A stretch of 60,216 bases of DNA, filler included. It is 7 parts of 7 records of this genome, joined end to end, with 100 filler letters (N's around TTAATTAATTAA, not from the genome) between each part and the next. Parts side by side here need not be neighbours in the genome. Positions count along the whole stretch, not along the records: positions 1 to 14,353 come from SRR31147125_149; 6 more parts are not named here. The stretch is one strand, 5' to 3'. The first letter of the stretch is position 1; every line of letters begins with the position of its first letter. The position numbers were made by a program, and so were the translations under genes. The notes beneath the pieces are model-generated. The model was not told the origin of the DNA. It was given only the letters and a program-made list of their open reading frames with translations, and did not search any database. Shown in pieces: positions 1 to 10,996 of this stretch.

Positions 1-2
1 AA

Positions 3-488
3 AAAGATAAACTCGATACCACAGTTTATTGCGTCGCGACGGTGCAGGAAGAAGTGGGACTGCGTGGGGCCACCACAGCGGCCTATAGTATTAATCCCCA
101 TGTTGGTATTGCCATTGATGTGACCCATGCAACGGATACACCGGATGTGGATATTAAAAAAGACGGAGATATACAATCAGGTATGGGCGTCACCATATCC
201 AGGGGGCCGAATACAAATCCAAGAATATTTGATCTGCTGCATGGTATCGCTGTAGAAAAAGGAATAGCCTTTCAGATAGAAGCAGATCCCCGTCCAACAG
301 GGACGGATGCCAATGTCATTCAGGTCAGCCGGGAGGGTACGGCAGCCGGTCTTTTATCCATACCCTGTCGTTATATGCATACCAATACAGAGATGATATC
401 TCTTGCCGATGTGGAAAGCACGATAGCACTATTGACCGAGTTTTGCTTGACGGTTAATGAAGGGACGGAATTGACGCCATATATGTGA
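3..488 (+). CDS. M42 family aminopeptidase (FrvX/endoglucanase-like), 5'-truncated
   Basis: Frame is open from the window edge. Motifs TVQEEVGLRGA, AIDVTHATD, GTDA and SIPCRYMHT are typical of M42 peptidases. Confidence 0.9.
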   Translation, partial: KDKLDTTVYCVATVQEEVGLRGATTAAYSINPHVGIAIDVTHATDTPDVDIKKDGDIQSGMGVTISRGPNTNPRIFDLLHGIAVEKGIAFQIEADPRPTGTDANVIQVSREGTAAGLLSIPCRYMHTNTEMISLADVESTIALLTEFCLTVNEGTELTPYM

Positions 489-559
489 TGGTTGATTTAA
501 GTAATTGAAAAATTAATATAAGATTCTACCATTGAAATACTTGTTTAAATTAATCAAGA

Positions 560-878
560 TGTACCCTCCTAAAAGGTGCAGAAAAAAGGAGGGTACAAGT
601 CAGTCGTTCTTTAATTTAACAGGTAAAATTAATTGGTGCACAAGTCTTATGTTATGTTTTTCCCGAAATATCGCCATAGGGTATTCGTGAATGAAGTAGC
701 GGATCATTTTAATTTGCACAACGATCATTATTGGGAAACCGGAATTTATCCAGGTGAACCGGTCAAAATAAAAGTGTGTACTATTAAGCGGCTAAACGTG
801 AGAGTCGTCTCTTCTTGTATCGAAGAAAATGTCTGCTTTCCAGCCAATTTCCAATTTATCTGTGATATTTCAAGTTAA
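560..878 (+). mobile_element. Degenerate IS200/IS605-type tnpA (Y1 transposase) remnant with upstream hairpin
   Basis: ORF 633-878 begins SYVMFFPKYRHRVF..EVA, resembling the TnpA YH.VW.PKYRR motif, but no intact HuH motif follows. An 11-bp stem tgtaccctcct/aggagggtaca lies at 560-597. Confidence 0.45.
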
Positions 879-994
879 AAGAAAGCACTCACTCCTGGCC
901 CGCATTATCTATTATGAATGCCAATACTGCAAGATAGAATTGTTTCTTCACAATATAAAAAAGGGAAATCAATTATTATACACTCGCCACATGC

Positions 995-2476
995 CTATTC
1001 TTTGAACTGAAATGCGAATAATTTACACTCTTTCATAAAAATACGCAGTTTAACAGGCTTGCCGGATAATTCGCTTACATCATATTTATGGCGCCATTTT
1101 ACTGGGAGACGGACTGAATTGCCGTTGAGTGGTAACGCATCCTCACGACTATAACCTTTTATGGGGCGGTTATTTTCATCCAGAATTTCAACAAAGGCAG
1201 CACCTCCGCCACTGGTCTGTAAATTTAGCTCGAGAGATTTACCTTTAAATTTAATCAAGGGTGTGACCAGCTCACCGCCCTGATAGTCCGTGTCAAGGGA
1301 AACAAAACCGTCCAGACGCAAAACAGCCCGCCCGATTCCTGATTTCAGATCTTTTTCACCAGCTTGCAAATGCCCGGCATGGTCTTTATTGGATCCGGCA
1401 AAATAAAACCACAATTCATCATCCATTTGAATTGGATGTGGCAATGCCCAAATCATTTTGGAATAAAAGCTGCCATTGGGTCCAAGCTTAAGAAATGGTT
1501 TGCGTTCAACTCGTGTAAATTTCTTACCATCCCGGCTGCACGCAAGTCTCACATCAAACGTATTTGGGCCCAGGCGATTTAGAGGTGTGCGGTCAAACCA
1601 ATGCCAGAATGCCTGTGCAAGCATGAGATACATGCCGTTTGTTTCCGGGTATTTGAAAACCAGAGCGCCATAATAATCAACCGGTGGTTGCTGTGTCGGC
1701 GTTTTATAAAGCGCTCTGTCAACAGAATCCGGTTCAAAAACAATAAGCTCATTATCCCAGTGCACCAAATCATCGGATTCCAGGCGACGCACACTGCGAA
1801 AGTTAGCATCTTTATTCTCAAACCGGGTCCATTTTCGTGTGTACATAACATATCGGGAAACAGTATTGTCCCAAAAGATGATACTTTGAGTGTCTTTATC
1901 GCCAATTTTTGGTGTGGCAAACAATTTCCAGTCCAGGCCATTCGGCGAACTGTGGATGTGTAATTCCCCACTCGGATACACTTTTGCCTGCGTTTTAAAT
2001 CGTTCGTCTGGCTTTGCATGGGGATCGATCCACACGGAACAGCCTCCAATGGTTGTCGGCAAAACAAAATTATTTGCTTTTGACCCATTTATATCAATTC
2101 TATTCAAAATTGGCTTTGTAAAATTTATTCCATCCACAGATTCTGCATACGCCACATATCGATTTTTTGTGTCCCTATCATATAAATCATACCACAGTTT
2201 GATTTTTCCCTGATCTTTTAAAACACTGCTGTAGCTTGCCACATATTTATTTGATCCCATCTCCCAGGGTTGATCATTTGTTAACAAAACCTGATCATAT
2301 TGAAAAGGTTTATTCATGGTACGAGTGATATTTCTACTCGATTCAACCAGCATGTCGTCAATAAAAAGTTGTTTATTGGAAGACACATCAATTATATCCT
2401 GATAATTCTGGCCAAGTAAATTGATATATGAAAAATGCCATATGAATATTAAAAAAATGATTCTGCAAATGCCCAT
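995..2476 (-). CDS. Secreted five-bladed beta-propeller glycoside hydrolase-like protein (GH32/GH43-like, unclassified)
   Basis: Signal peptide; repeated Asp-box-like segments (YAESVDGINF, SSPNGLDW, ESDDLVHW, SRDGKKF); C-terminal LRLDGFVS...LFAFQF module. Confidence 0.7.
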   Translation of the reverse strand: MGICRIIFLIFIWHFSYINLLGQNYQDIIDVSSNKQLFIDDMLVESSRNITRTMNKPFQYDQVLLTNDQPWEMGSNKYVASYSSVLKDQGKIKLWYDLYDRDTKNRYVAYAESVDGINFTKPILNRIDINGSKANNFVLPTTIGGCSVWIDPHAKPDERFKTQAKVYPSGELHIHSSPNGLDWKLFATPKIGDKDTQSIIFWDNTVSRYVMYTRKWTRFENKDANFRSVRRLESDDLVHWDNELIVFEPDSVDRALYKTPTQQPPVDYYGALVFKYPETNGMYLMLAQAFWHWFDRTPLNRLGPNTFDVRLACSRDGKKFTRVERKPFLKLGPNGSFYSKMIWALPHPIQMDDELWFYFAGSNKDHAGHLQAGEKDLKSGIGRAVLRLDGFVSLDTDYQGGELVTPLIKFKGKSLELNLQTSGGGAAFVEILDENNRPIKGYSREDALPLNGNSVRLPVKWRHKYDVSELSGKPVKLRIFMKECKLFAFQFKE

Positions 2477-2920
2477 GACAATATCTCCCGTAACTTTTAT
2501 TATGATTAAACATATCCGGTCGGCACAGCAACCGCCCGGAGGATGAATTAGCCTGCAACCGCACTGTAAAGTGCAAGGTCAGTGACTCTATAAATTCCGT
2601 TAAAAAGGCCGAATGAGACATCCAAGAGTACCGTTGTTATTCAGGTCATTTAAATTACGTCCTTTACGAAAGAAACGTCCTCAACAACATGATCACCCAA
2701 ATGATCAAATTTATTCGGAATGGTGTTGGAAGTCTGGGCTTGCAGTACCTGAACTTGGCCATTTGTTCCAGGCAGTGTGTCTTCAGGTTTTTAATAAAAG
2801 CTTTTCATTATCCCAATGGCCGGAACACTATTTTCTAGAGCAAATTTATCTTTTTTATGAACCTGAACAAGGTGATTTTCTGATTAATAATAGATAGCCA
2901 ATTATATGCTTTTATTCAAG

Positions 2921-2950
2921 TTATTAACCGTTAGTTTTAACGGTTAATAA
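2921..2950. repeat. Perfect 13-bp inverted repeat (operator or terminator-like)
   Basis: ttattaaccgtta-gttt-taacggttaataa in the divergent intergenic region. Confidence 0.6.
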
Positions 2951-3304
2951 TCTATTAAACTGGATTAAAAAAGTTGTCCCGGGTCAAAATCCTGCAAGAG
3001 TTGTTATATTTTAGTAGACACAAAAGTAAACATTATTTATATTATTGAAAAGGATTTTTAACAAGAAATATACCAGAGTTCAAGCTTGTGGCAATATAAC
3101 TCGTCGCGTCCTAAGGAGGAAATGTTTCTGATAAAATCATACTTTTCCAAAAAAAATTACCCTTGTATTGGAGTTGCTAAATAGGGGAGGCACCGTCATT
3201 TTAAATCGAAAAGTAGTAAAGCCATAAATTCGACACATCCTGAGAATGCTGATTCTGACTGAATTGGGGTGTCATAAAAAAGTGACATAAATAAGGGAGG
3301 CAAA

Positions 3305-3562
3305 ATGAGTACATTTTTTAACGCTCTAAAACGTGGAATAAAGGCTGCTACGACTTTTAAACCCGAAACTTTTCTTGTGGCTGGAAAACAGGTAAATTGT
3401 CCTCATTGTGGTTTTAACGAATTTGCCTTGGGATCGGCACAGCTCAATACAACCGGAATGACTTTTGTCGGGCTCGACTGGGCGGATGAATCTGCATACA
3501 CACTTATGTGCGCACATTGTGGTCGCATTGAGTGGTTTGGACAAAAGCCGGAAAGTCAATGA
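3305..3562 (+). CDS. Small zinc-ribbon protein
   Basis: CPHC...CAHC pairs; RBS gggagg just upstream. Confidence 0.75.
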   Translation: MSTFFNALKRGIKAATTFKPETFLVAGKQVNCPHCGFNEFALGSAQLNTTGMTFVGLDWADESAYTLMCAHCGRIEWFGQKPESQ

Positions 3563-3684
3563 GCTCTGCTGATTATCCCGTTGTTATATCGGATGAAAAT
3601 TAAATGGGAAATTTAATCAATTCCTACAAAAAGAATAGAAATCTATACAAGGCAGTATCAGGAATAAGAATGAGGGAAAAGTCA

Positions 3685-4749
3685 ATGAAATTTAACGTAG
3701 CACTCCTGTTTATGATGATGGTTTTTCTAACAGCGACAATAATGGCACAGCCAATGTACCGTGATGGGCGTCCACAGACAGCATTGAGGATAAATGCTAA
3801 AGATCACGGTATCGTGTTGAAATATGGTGATGGACTGGATCAATGCGATATTTACGGTGCCCGTGATGTCTGGGTGTTTGAGGCAGACGGAACGTATTAT
3901 ATGCATTACGATGCAGCCGGGCCAACCGGTTGGCTCAGTTCTCTGGCTGTTAGCACGGATCTTGTTAACTGGGAGAAAAAAGGCCCCATTCTGGAACTGG
4001 GACAGGCTGGTGAAGACGATTCGAAATCCGCTTCCTACGGTGTCACATATTTTGATGGAAAAAACTGGCATATGTTCTATCTCGGCACACCCAATACATC
4101 CAAGCCACCGGATCGGATTCCTTCATTCCCGTATCTGACAATGAAAGCAAAAGGTAAAGGTCCGGCCGGTCCATGGATCAAACAGAAAAACGTCATTCCC
4201 TTCCGTACAAAAGAGAATACATACTATTCCATAACCGCCAGTCCGGGCCATGTGATAAAAGCGGGAGAGGAGTATCTCCAGTTTTTCAGTGCCACAACCA
4301 GAAAAGAGGGGAATCCGTGCGTGCAACGCACCCTGGGTATTGCCCGAACAAAAGATCTTGACGGCTCCTGGACTGTTGATCCACAGCCGATGGTGCCTAT
4401 AGAGGAACAAATCGAAAATTCTTCACTTTACTATGAAAAAAGTAACAAGACATGGTTCCTATTCACAAATCATATTGGTATTGATAAAATAGAGTACACA
4501 GATGCCATTTGGGTATATTGGAGTAAAGATCTGAATAGGTGGGATCCGAAAAACAAGGCTGTCGTTCTGGATGGTCAGAATTGCACCTGGTCGCAAAAGT
4601 GCATTGGGTTGCCGTCAGTTGTCAAGGTTGGTAATCGCCTGGCTGTTTTTTATGATGCACCGGGCGGGCAGAGTGTGAGTCACATGAAAAGAAATGTGGG
4701 ACTGGCTTGGCTGGATTTGCCGTTGGAGATCCCTGGAGAGAAGAATTAG
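3685..4749 (+). CDS. Secreted five-bladed beta-propeller glycosidase (GH43/GH130-like)
   Basis: Signal peptide from MKFNVALL; motifs GARDVWV..YYMHYD, STDLVNW, TKDLDGSW, SKDLNRW. Confidence 0.7.
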   Translation: MKFNVALLFMMMVFLTATIMAQPMYRDGRPQTALRINAKDHGIVLKYGDGLDQCDIYGARDVWVFEADGTYYMHYDAAGPTGWLSSLAVSTDLVNWEKKGPILELGQAGEDDSKSASYGVTYFDGKNWHMFYLGTPNTSKPPDRIPSFPYLTMKAKGKGPAGPWIKQKNVIPFRTKENTYYSITASPGHVIKAGEEYLQFFSATTRKEGNPCVQRTLGIARTKDLDGSWTVDPQPMVPIEEQIENSSLYYEKSNKTWFLFTNHIGIDKIEYTDAIWVYWSKDLNRWDPKNKAVVLDGQNCTWSQKCIGLPSVVKVGNRLAVFYDAPGGQSVSHMKRNVGLAWLDLPLEIPGEKN

Positions 4750-4817
4750 AACACAGGACAAAAGACGGAATTTGACACATACTTATAATTTGGATAGTTT
4801 AAGGATATTGGACTGCG

Positions 4818-5227
4818 ATAAATATATCATCCCTGCGGGATTTCACTGTTTGAGACTATTGGTTTCTATAAATATATCATCCCTGCGGGATTTGATTGTT
4901 TGAGAATGTTGGGTTTCTATAAATATATCATCCCTACGAAATTTGATTATTTAAGAGAAATTGACTGTTATAAATCTATTTTCCGGTAATTGAGGTTTTC
5001 CTGGTACTCGCAACTTTAAGTGAGCATGTCGGATAGAGAACATGCATTGAAGCTTATAGTAAAAGGCAAAAATGATGGAAAGCAGGAGTAATCCGAAAAT
5101 CCGGATTCAGACTTTGAAAAACAGCAAACTTAATAAAGAGATTCTAGCTATATCCCGTCAGGGATATCATATTTATAGCATATGATCCCCCCCAATTCAC
5201 GAATCCCGCAGGGATGATATATTAATA
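4818..5227. repeat. REP/BIME-like array: three tandem ~50-bp units plus two inverted copies
   Basis: ataaatatatcatccctgcgggattt starts at 4818 and 4868, with a degenerate copy at 4919. Reverse-complement copies lie at ~5152-5179 and 5202-5227. The core atccc-tgc-gggat is palindromic. Confidence 0.8.
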
Positions 5228-5270
5228 TCTGGGGTATGGAATTAGTTTAAATAATAAACGGAGACAGATA

Positions 5271-6553
5271 ATGAAAAAAATCACATCCTATTTTTAATTT
5301 TATCGTTTGTTATAGTATTTACTGCATGCGAGAATGAAAAATCACACGAGAATAATAATCAAAAAATGGCCAGCAGTTATGATATGCGGGATGATCTGAC
5401 TCCTTCCAGGTTGACGATTGCCATGTGGGATTTTTCCTGGCTCTATATGCATTATCCGGGTGGCGCTTATGAGGACTGGGATAAGGTGTTGGATGAACTC
5501 AAGGAGAGAGGATTTAATACCGTCCGAATTGATGCCTTTCCCCTGATAATAGGCAAATTAACATCTGGAAATCAACATATCACAATACCGGGGGATCCTT
5601 TACGCAACTGGGGTGCAAGTGATAAAGACCGCGTTCATGATATTAAAGCAGAACTTTTAGAGTTTATGCGACTGGCGAAACAGAAAAATATCAATGTTAT
5701 TCTGTCCACATGGAACCAGAGTTGTAAGGAATTTCCTGATTTGCTGGAACATTATCAAACCAAAGAAAAAATGTGGACGGCCTGGGAAATAACCCTTGAT
5801 CTGTTGGCTGAAAACAACCTGTTAAGTCATGTGCTCTATGTTGATATTGATCAGGAGTTTCCTTATTTCAGTCCTTTTCAAAAGCAGTTAAATGAATTGG
5901 GAAAAGAATCAAAAACATTATCTGATAATGCCATGGAAGAAGCAGGTAAAGTGCAACAGAGTTTTGGGGAATTTGATTGGAATCCAGGACAAATGAATTT
6001 TGTGTACGACCTTTTTACCAGCACCTTGAATCATTTTCAATATAAATATCCCGGACTGCGCTTTACTTTTTCCCTCACAAGTTATTGGAAAGAAGTGCGG
6101 GCCATGAATATTCACACTTTTGATGTGTTAGAATTGCATATCTGGATGACTCAAAGTCAAAGTTTTAATAACAGATCAGGATTTAATAAAATAAAAAAAG
6201 CCAGGGGTGAACATGATTACAAGGATTATATGCGTCGTATAGAGGCGACCATGCAATCCATCCGGCCAATGCTGTTAAAAGAGAAACACAACAGATTAGA
6301 GTTTGCACAAGAGTGGTCGAAAGAAATTGGCGCTCCGTTAACCACCACAGAATCATGGGGACCCTGGTGGCACATGGATCATCCGGACCTGGACTGGCAA
6401 TGGCTTTATGACTGGTGTGAAGAATGTATGGCCTTAGCCCCGGAATATAGTTTCTGGGGAGTGACGCCCTGGAATTATAGTCATCCTTATTGGAATAACT
6501 GGCAGAATGTGGAATGGTATCAACGGGTGAATAATCGGTTTTTGAATTATTAG
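5271..6553 (+). CDS. Lipoprotein, sugar-binding cellulase-like TIM-barrel glycoside hydrolase (clan GH-A-like); 1-bp frameshift in the A-run at 5274-5280
   Basis: AMWDFSW and GFNTVRIDAFP motifs. The in-frame upstream sequence HILFLILSFVIVFTAC is a lipoprotein signal that connects to the ATG at 5271 if one A is added. Confidence 0.75.
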
Positions 6554-6890
6554 TGCAACAACGCATTCGCCCCCAGCATAATCAATAAAGATTATTGGTA
6601 TTCTCATTTCTCTGTGTGAAGCAATAAGATGGTATTGTGGAGGGATACGGAAAAGGAATTTTATGTTAAACATAAATTCTGGCAAAATAAAAAAAGTGCC
6701 AATTAGCATTGCAATTGTGTAGACATTTACATATTTTGTTTGAATCTGTTCGTATCCATTTTATTAACTCTTTTATTAACTCTTTTATCTTTTTTTTGTC
6801 AATAAAATAATTGATTATCAGGATGCCCTCGGCAGATAATTTTTATTACATTTTGGCTGGAGATGACATACTACTGGAAGGAGTGAAAAG

Positions 6891-8471
6891 GTGACCTTTA
6901 TTACTTTTTTTGCGTTTACTGCTTTTGTCGCTGTTTATGTCTGGTACAGGTTAAGAAAAGATAACCTGAATTCCAAGGACGGATATTTTCTCGGGGGACG
7001 CAGTCTCACTGGTATTATCATTGCCGGGTCCATGTTACTGACAAATATATCGACGGAACACCTGATCGGTATGAATGGACTGGCTTATAAAAGTGGATTT
7101 ATTGTTATAGCGTGGGAGGTGACCTCAGCTATCGCTCTTGTCATTGCTGCGCTATATTTTATACCACGATATTTAAAAATGGGTCTAACCACCATTCCGG
7201 AATACCTGGAGTATCGCTACGACGGATTAACCCGTACCATAGTGGCCATGTTCCTCATTCTTTCTTTTATTTTCACGCTTTTACCAATTGTGCTTTACAC
7301 CGGAGCCATAAACCTGGAGAGTATATTTGATGTGTCCGCTTTACTGGGTGTGAGCAAGACAGAAGGATTATGGATAATGGTCATTATTATCGGTGTAATC
7401 GGTTCTGTGTATGCTATTTTCGGTGGACTCAAGGCAGTGGCCTATTCGGATACCATTAACGGTTATGGTTTGTTACTTGGTGGCCTTTTGGTGCCAGCCA
7501 TTGCACTTTTTAATATTGGTGATGGCAACCTGTTAGCCGGGTTATCAAAAGTGTACCATCACTGTCCGCAAAAATTTAATGTTATTGGTGCCAGGGATTC
7601 TGTTTTACCTTTTGAGGTTTTGTTTACAGGACTCATCATTAATCAATTGTATTTCTGGTGCATGCACCAAACTATTGTACAGCGTGCCCTTGGCGCCAAA
7701 AATCTGGTCGAGGCACAAAAAGGATTGTTATACACCGGTGTTCTTAAAATACTGGTACCGATTATCATTGTTCTTCCCGGTGTTATCGGATTTTACTATT
7801 TTGGTGATTCTCTATATGGTACTCAGGATACTGTTTATCCGGAACTGGTTAAAAAGGTGCTGCCTTTTAGTATGTGGGGATTTTTCGCTGCTGTTGTAAT
7901 GGGAGCCATTTTGAGTACTTTTAACAGCGTACTCAATAGTGCTGCCACCATTTTCAGCGTCGGCATTTATAAACGCCACATTGATAAAAAGGCGAATGAA
8001 AACAGACTGGTCAAAGTTGGCAAGATCACTTCATCCATTCTGGCAGTCTTTGCCATAATGGTAGCGCCAATGGTGGCAAACGCGCCTGAGGGTCTTTATC
8101 AGTTGCTGCAACAGCTGAATGGTATTTTTTTTATTCCTGTTGCTTCCATTATTCTGGCAGGATTCTTTTTTCCCAAAGTATCTGCCATGGGAGCAAAAGC
8201 AGCCCTGGTCGTCGGACTTGGCTTTTATATTACAATGACATTTATCCTGCAGGTTGATTTGCATTTTGTCCATGTGTGGGGCATTGAATTTTTATTGAAT
8301 ATTGCTGTTATGTTTGGTGTATCCTGGTTTTATCCGCCTGAAAAGACGTTTAATATTAAGGATATACAGGTGTTAGATATGCATCAGTGGAAGTATGCCA
8401 AGCCAATGGGCGTTGTATTAATGATTACAACCATTGCTATTTATATTTGGCTGGGACAAGCCGGAAGATAA
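6891..8471 (+). CDS. Sodium:solute symporter (YidK-like)
   Basis: GYFLGGRSL, LTNISTEHLIG, YAIFGGLKAVAYSD and QRALGAKNL motifs; many TM helices; RBS aaggag. Confidence 0.92.
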   Translation: MTFITFFAFTAFVAVYVWYRLRKDNLNSKDGYFLGGRSLTGIIIAGSMLLTNISTEHLIGMNGLAYKSGFIVIAWEVTSAIALVIAALYFIPRYLKMGLTTIPEYLEYRYDGLTRTIVAMFLILSFIFTLLPIVLYTGAINLESIFDVSALLGVSKTEGLWIMVIIIGVIGSVYAIFGGLKAVAYSDTINGYGLLLGGLLVPAIALFNIGDGNLLAGLSKVYHHCPQKFNVIGARDSVLPFEVLFTGLIINQLYFWCMHQTIVQRALGAKNLVEAQKGLLYTGVLKILVPIIIVLPGVIGFYYFGDSLYGTQDTVYPELVKKVLPFSMWGFFAAVVMGAILSTFNSVLNSAATIFSVGIYKRHIDKKANENRLVKVGKITSSILAVFAIMVAPMVANAPEGLYQLLQQLNGIFFIPVASIILAGFFFPKVSAMGAKAALVVGLGFYITMTFILQVDLHFVHVWGIEFLLNIAVMFGVSWFYPPEKTFNIKDIQVLDMHQWKYAKPMGVVLMITTIAIYIWLGQAGR

Positions 8472-9114
8472 AAAAAGTATGTATGGGATTTTATCGCATT
8501 TTTCTTTGATATTCTATGATGTCGTGCGTGTTAATGGAATGCTGCTGAGGTACATACATTTAATTTCATGCAGTGAAAAGTGGTTTTGTGCTAAAATTAT
8601 TTACACCTATGATAATGGTACATTTATTGCAATAAATTTCAGTGTGTAAATTAATTTTATTGGGATAATTAATTCGCAAAGGATACTGTTTCATCAGGAG
8701 GATTATTTTCGACCAACAAAAGCTAAAATGATATCTCGACTCGTTTATTTTTAATTTCGGGAATATTTTAAGTAATCTATTGTTTTAACTAAATATGCAT
8801 CGATAGTTTTTGTGTGTTTGTTGACTGGAAAAATTTCAGCCCAATCACAGGAACGTTTTCATAGTGATTGGCGCAGAAAATCTGGTTATATAAACATGCA
8901 GGAGCTTGACAAGTCCAGCCAGCCCTTTGGGGGCTATCAAATATTCTAAAAATTATTTTCAGGCACTCTAAGAGTCGTAAAAAAGAAACTGTATTTTACT
9001 CTGCAATAACGTTGATCTGATACTGCTCATACGATCGGATTGTGGTACCTGTTTATACCAGGTCATAACGGCAAAAGGTAAGCCATTTTCCGACTTGTTA
9101 TCAACCGACTATGA

Positions 9115-10080
9115 ATGAGGTGTGATATGATTGAACGCTCTAATAAATTATACGTCTCACCACTACCACAAAACAATGATGAATCCCCAGCGAATTATCC
9201 GCAAATTGGTCGTGGCATTACAAAGCTGGTTGCTGAAGTTTCGGAGCTTTTACGAAATACACGCATCCAGGACGAAGTTGATCCTGACCGGTGTATTATT
9301 GAGCCAGAAATCGAAGCCTGGTTACTGGTCGACGCTGCCTGTCATTCCTCAGCAGCTCTACGGGAAGCAGCGCTCAATCTGGCTCGCAAGCGCTGTAATG
9401 GGGAACTTATCGGATATCTGACAGGGCATATTAAATTCATGGGCATTGACATTCTCACGGACAAGGATTGTCTCGTTCCACGGCGTGAAACAGAGATCGT
9501 TGGTCATGCGGCATTGGAAATACTTGCAAAACTAAACCATAATTCCAATCTGCGGATTATTGATATGTGCTGCGGAGCTGGAAACCTGGCTTGCGGTTTG
9601 GCGAGTCGTCTGGAAACTGCACGAATTTGGTGCGCGGATCTTACCGATTCTTGCATAAACCTGACCCGACGTAATATCTATCACTGCGATATTGCGGATC
9701 GGGTGTCTGTACATCAGGGTGATCTTTTTGATGCACTAACTGGATTGGATCTGGAAAAAAGTTGCGATGCCATCGTTTGTAATCCACCATATATTTCCAC
9801 CGGGCGATTGGATACAGATCGTGCCAGTTTGCTATCCAGTGAACCCAGGGAAGCTTTTGACGGTGGTTCATACGGACTGTCGATCCATCAACGTATTTTA
9901 AAAAAGGCACCACACTATTTGATCCCAGGCGGATGGTTATTCCTGGAATTTGGCCTGGAACAGGAACGCCAGTTGGAAATTCTAATAGGTCGGAGTAAAG
10001 TAGAATATATTCAACGACTTTGGTGGAACGACGAACATGGCCGTCCACGTGCTGTGGGATTACAGCTCAAGGCTGAGTAA
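9115..10080 (+). CDS. HemK/PrmC-family N5-glutamine methyltransferase homologue
   Basis: LVPRRETE, DMCCGAG (SAM binding), NPPY and EP..AFDGG motifs; start uncertain (9115 or 9127). Confidence 0.85.
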   Translation: MRCDMIERSNKLYVSPLPQNNDESPANYPQIGRGITKLVAEVSELLRNTRIQDEVDPDRCIIEPEIEAWLLVDAACHSSAALREAALNLARKRCNGELIGYLTGHIKFMGIDILTDKDCLVPRRETEIVGHAALEILAKLNHNSNLRIIDMCCGAGNLACGLASRLETARIWCADLTDSCINLTRRNIYHCDIADRVSVHQGDLFDALTGLDLEKSCDAIVCNPPYISTGRLDTDRASLLSSEPREAFDGGSYGLSIHQRILKKAPHYLIPGGWLFLEFGLEQERQLEILIGRSKVEYIQRLWWNDEHGRPRAVGLQLKAE

Positions 10081-10118
10081 TCAAGAACATGCAGTAGAAC
10101 TCCCTACTGAAGAGAATA

Positions 10119-10931
10119 TCAGATGATTGCGTTAAATTGATACATTGTATTATTCTGTTTATTAAACAAGGTCAGACGTGTTTGCTTTGTATCTGTTTCT
10201 ACACTATAGGATGATGAATTCATAATTCTGTGCATGAAATCCAGCCCTGCTGAATGATTTTTTCTCCCGGTTGGATAAAACAGGATTTTGTTGTTATCAC
10301 CTGTTCCGAATAGTCCGTAGATTTCATCACAGCCGAATATATTGTCTGCATGACAATTCCATACCAGTTTGAATCCCCGATTTTTTTCCATAAGCAGAGT
10401 CGGAATTAAGAGTTGTGTTTGTATATCCTTGAATTCCGGGTCCGTCGAAAAAGACAGGCTCCAGTTTCTCAAAACAGGACTGTCTTTCAGGTCGTAGGTC
10501 ACATTGCTTTTGTATGTTACAGTGGAATGCTGTGCAAAGATACGTAACCTGTTTTTGCTGATCTGAATTCTATAGGGATCTGTCAGGTGTTGTACGGAAA
10601 ATGTGGTAACATTACAGGCCATCTCTGTAATAGCTAAATCTATTGGAAAAATACTGTCGTTTCTCGCGCTATACATACCGCCAAATCGATTACAACCATC
10701 ATCACCAAAAAAATGATCCTCTTCGAATATAAGATGGAATGGTTCATAACCGGATTTATCCAGGGTCCAGATTATATTTCGAATATCATTGACATTCAGA
10801 GAATCTGCCAGATCCATATCATCCGAAAACAAAGTCTCAAGCGGGTTCATCGACTTTTTACAATTATTTTGAAATAGCAAAGCCGACAGGATCAGCAGGT
10901 ACAGGAGACTGTGCCTGATATGTTTATTCAT
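10119..10931 (-). CDS. Exported META/HslJ-domain protein
   Basis: Signal/lipoprotein-like N-terminus; FGDDGCNRFGGMY and TEMAC META signature. Confidence 0.7.
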   Translation of the reverse strand: MNKHIRHSLLYLLILSALLFQNNCKKSMNPLETLFSDDMDLADSLNVNDIRNIIWTLDKSGYEPFHLIFEEDHFFGDDGCNRFGGMYSARNDSIFPIDLAITEMACNVTTFSVQHLTDPYRIQISKNRLRIFAQHSTVTYKSNVTYDLKDSPVLRNWSLSFSTDPEFKDIQTQLLIPTLLMEKNRGFKLVWNCHADNIFGCDEIYGLFGTGDNNKILFYPTGRKNHSAGLDFMHRIMNSSSYSVETDTKQTRLTLFNKQNNTMYQFNAII

Positions 10932-10996
10932 TTTTGGCAACCTCTTGCTTGTATTGTAAAATTAAACCTTTTTAAAATATTCTAAAGATCATTTAT

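Noticed and set aside
2613-2897. 94-aa ORF in the divergent intergenic region
   Set aside because: No RBS or recognisable motif; probably spurious or a decayed fragment.
3160-3300. Possible riboswitch (yybP-ykoY or c-di-GMP-like) upstream of the zinc-ribbon gene
   Set aside because: Only short coincidental matches (aggggag, aaagcc); the conserved paired elements could not be built.
4818-4970. Possible mini CRISPR array (~26-bp repeat with ~24-bp spacers)
   Set aside because: The spacers resemble each other, inverted copies exist nearby, and this contig has no cas gene or leader. REP-like repeats fit better.
6759-6788. 12-bp tandem duplication ttttattaactc
   Set aside because: 2.5 copies of AT-rich sequence; compatible with simple slippage, with no evidence of function.
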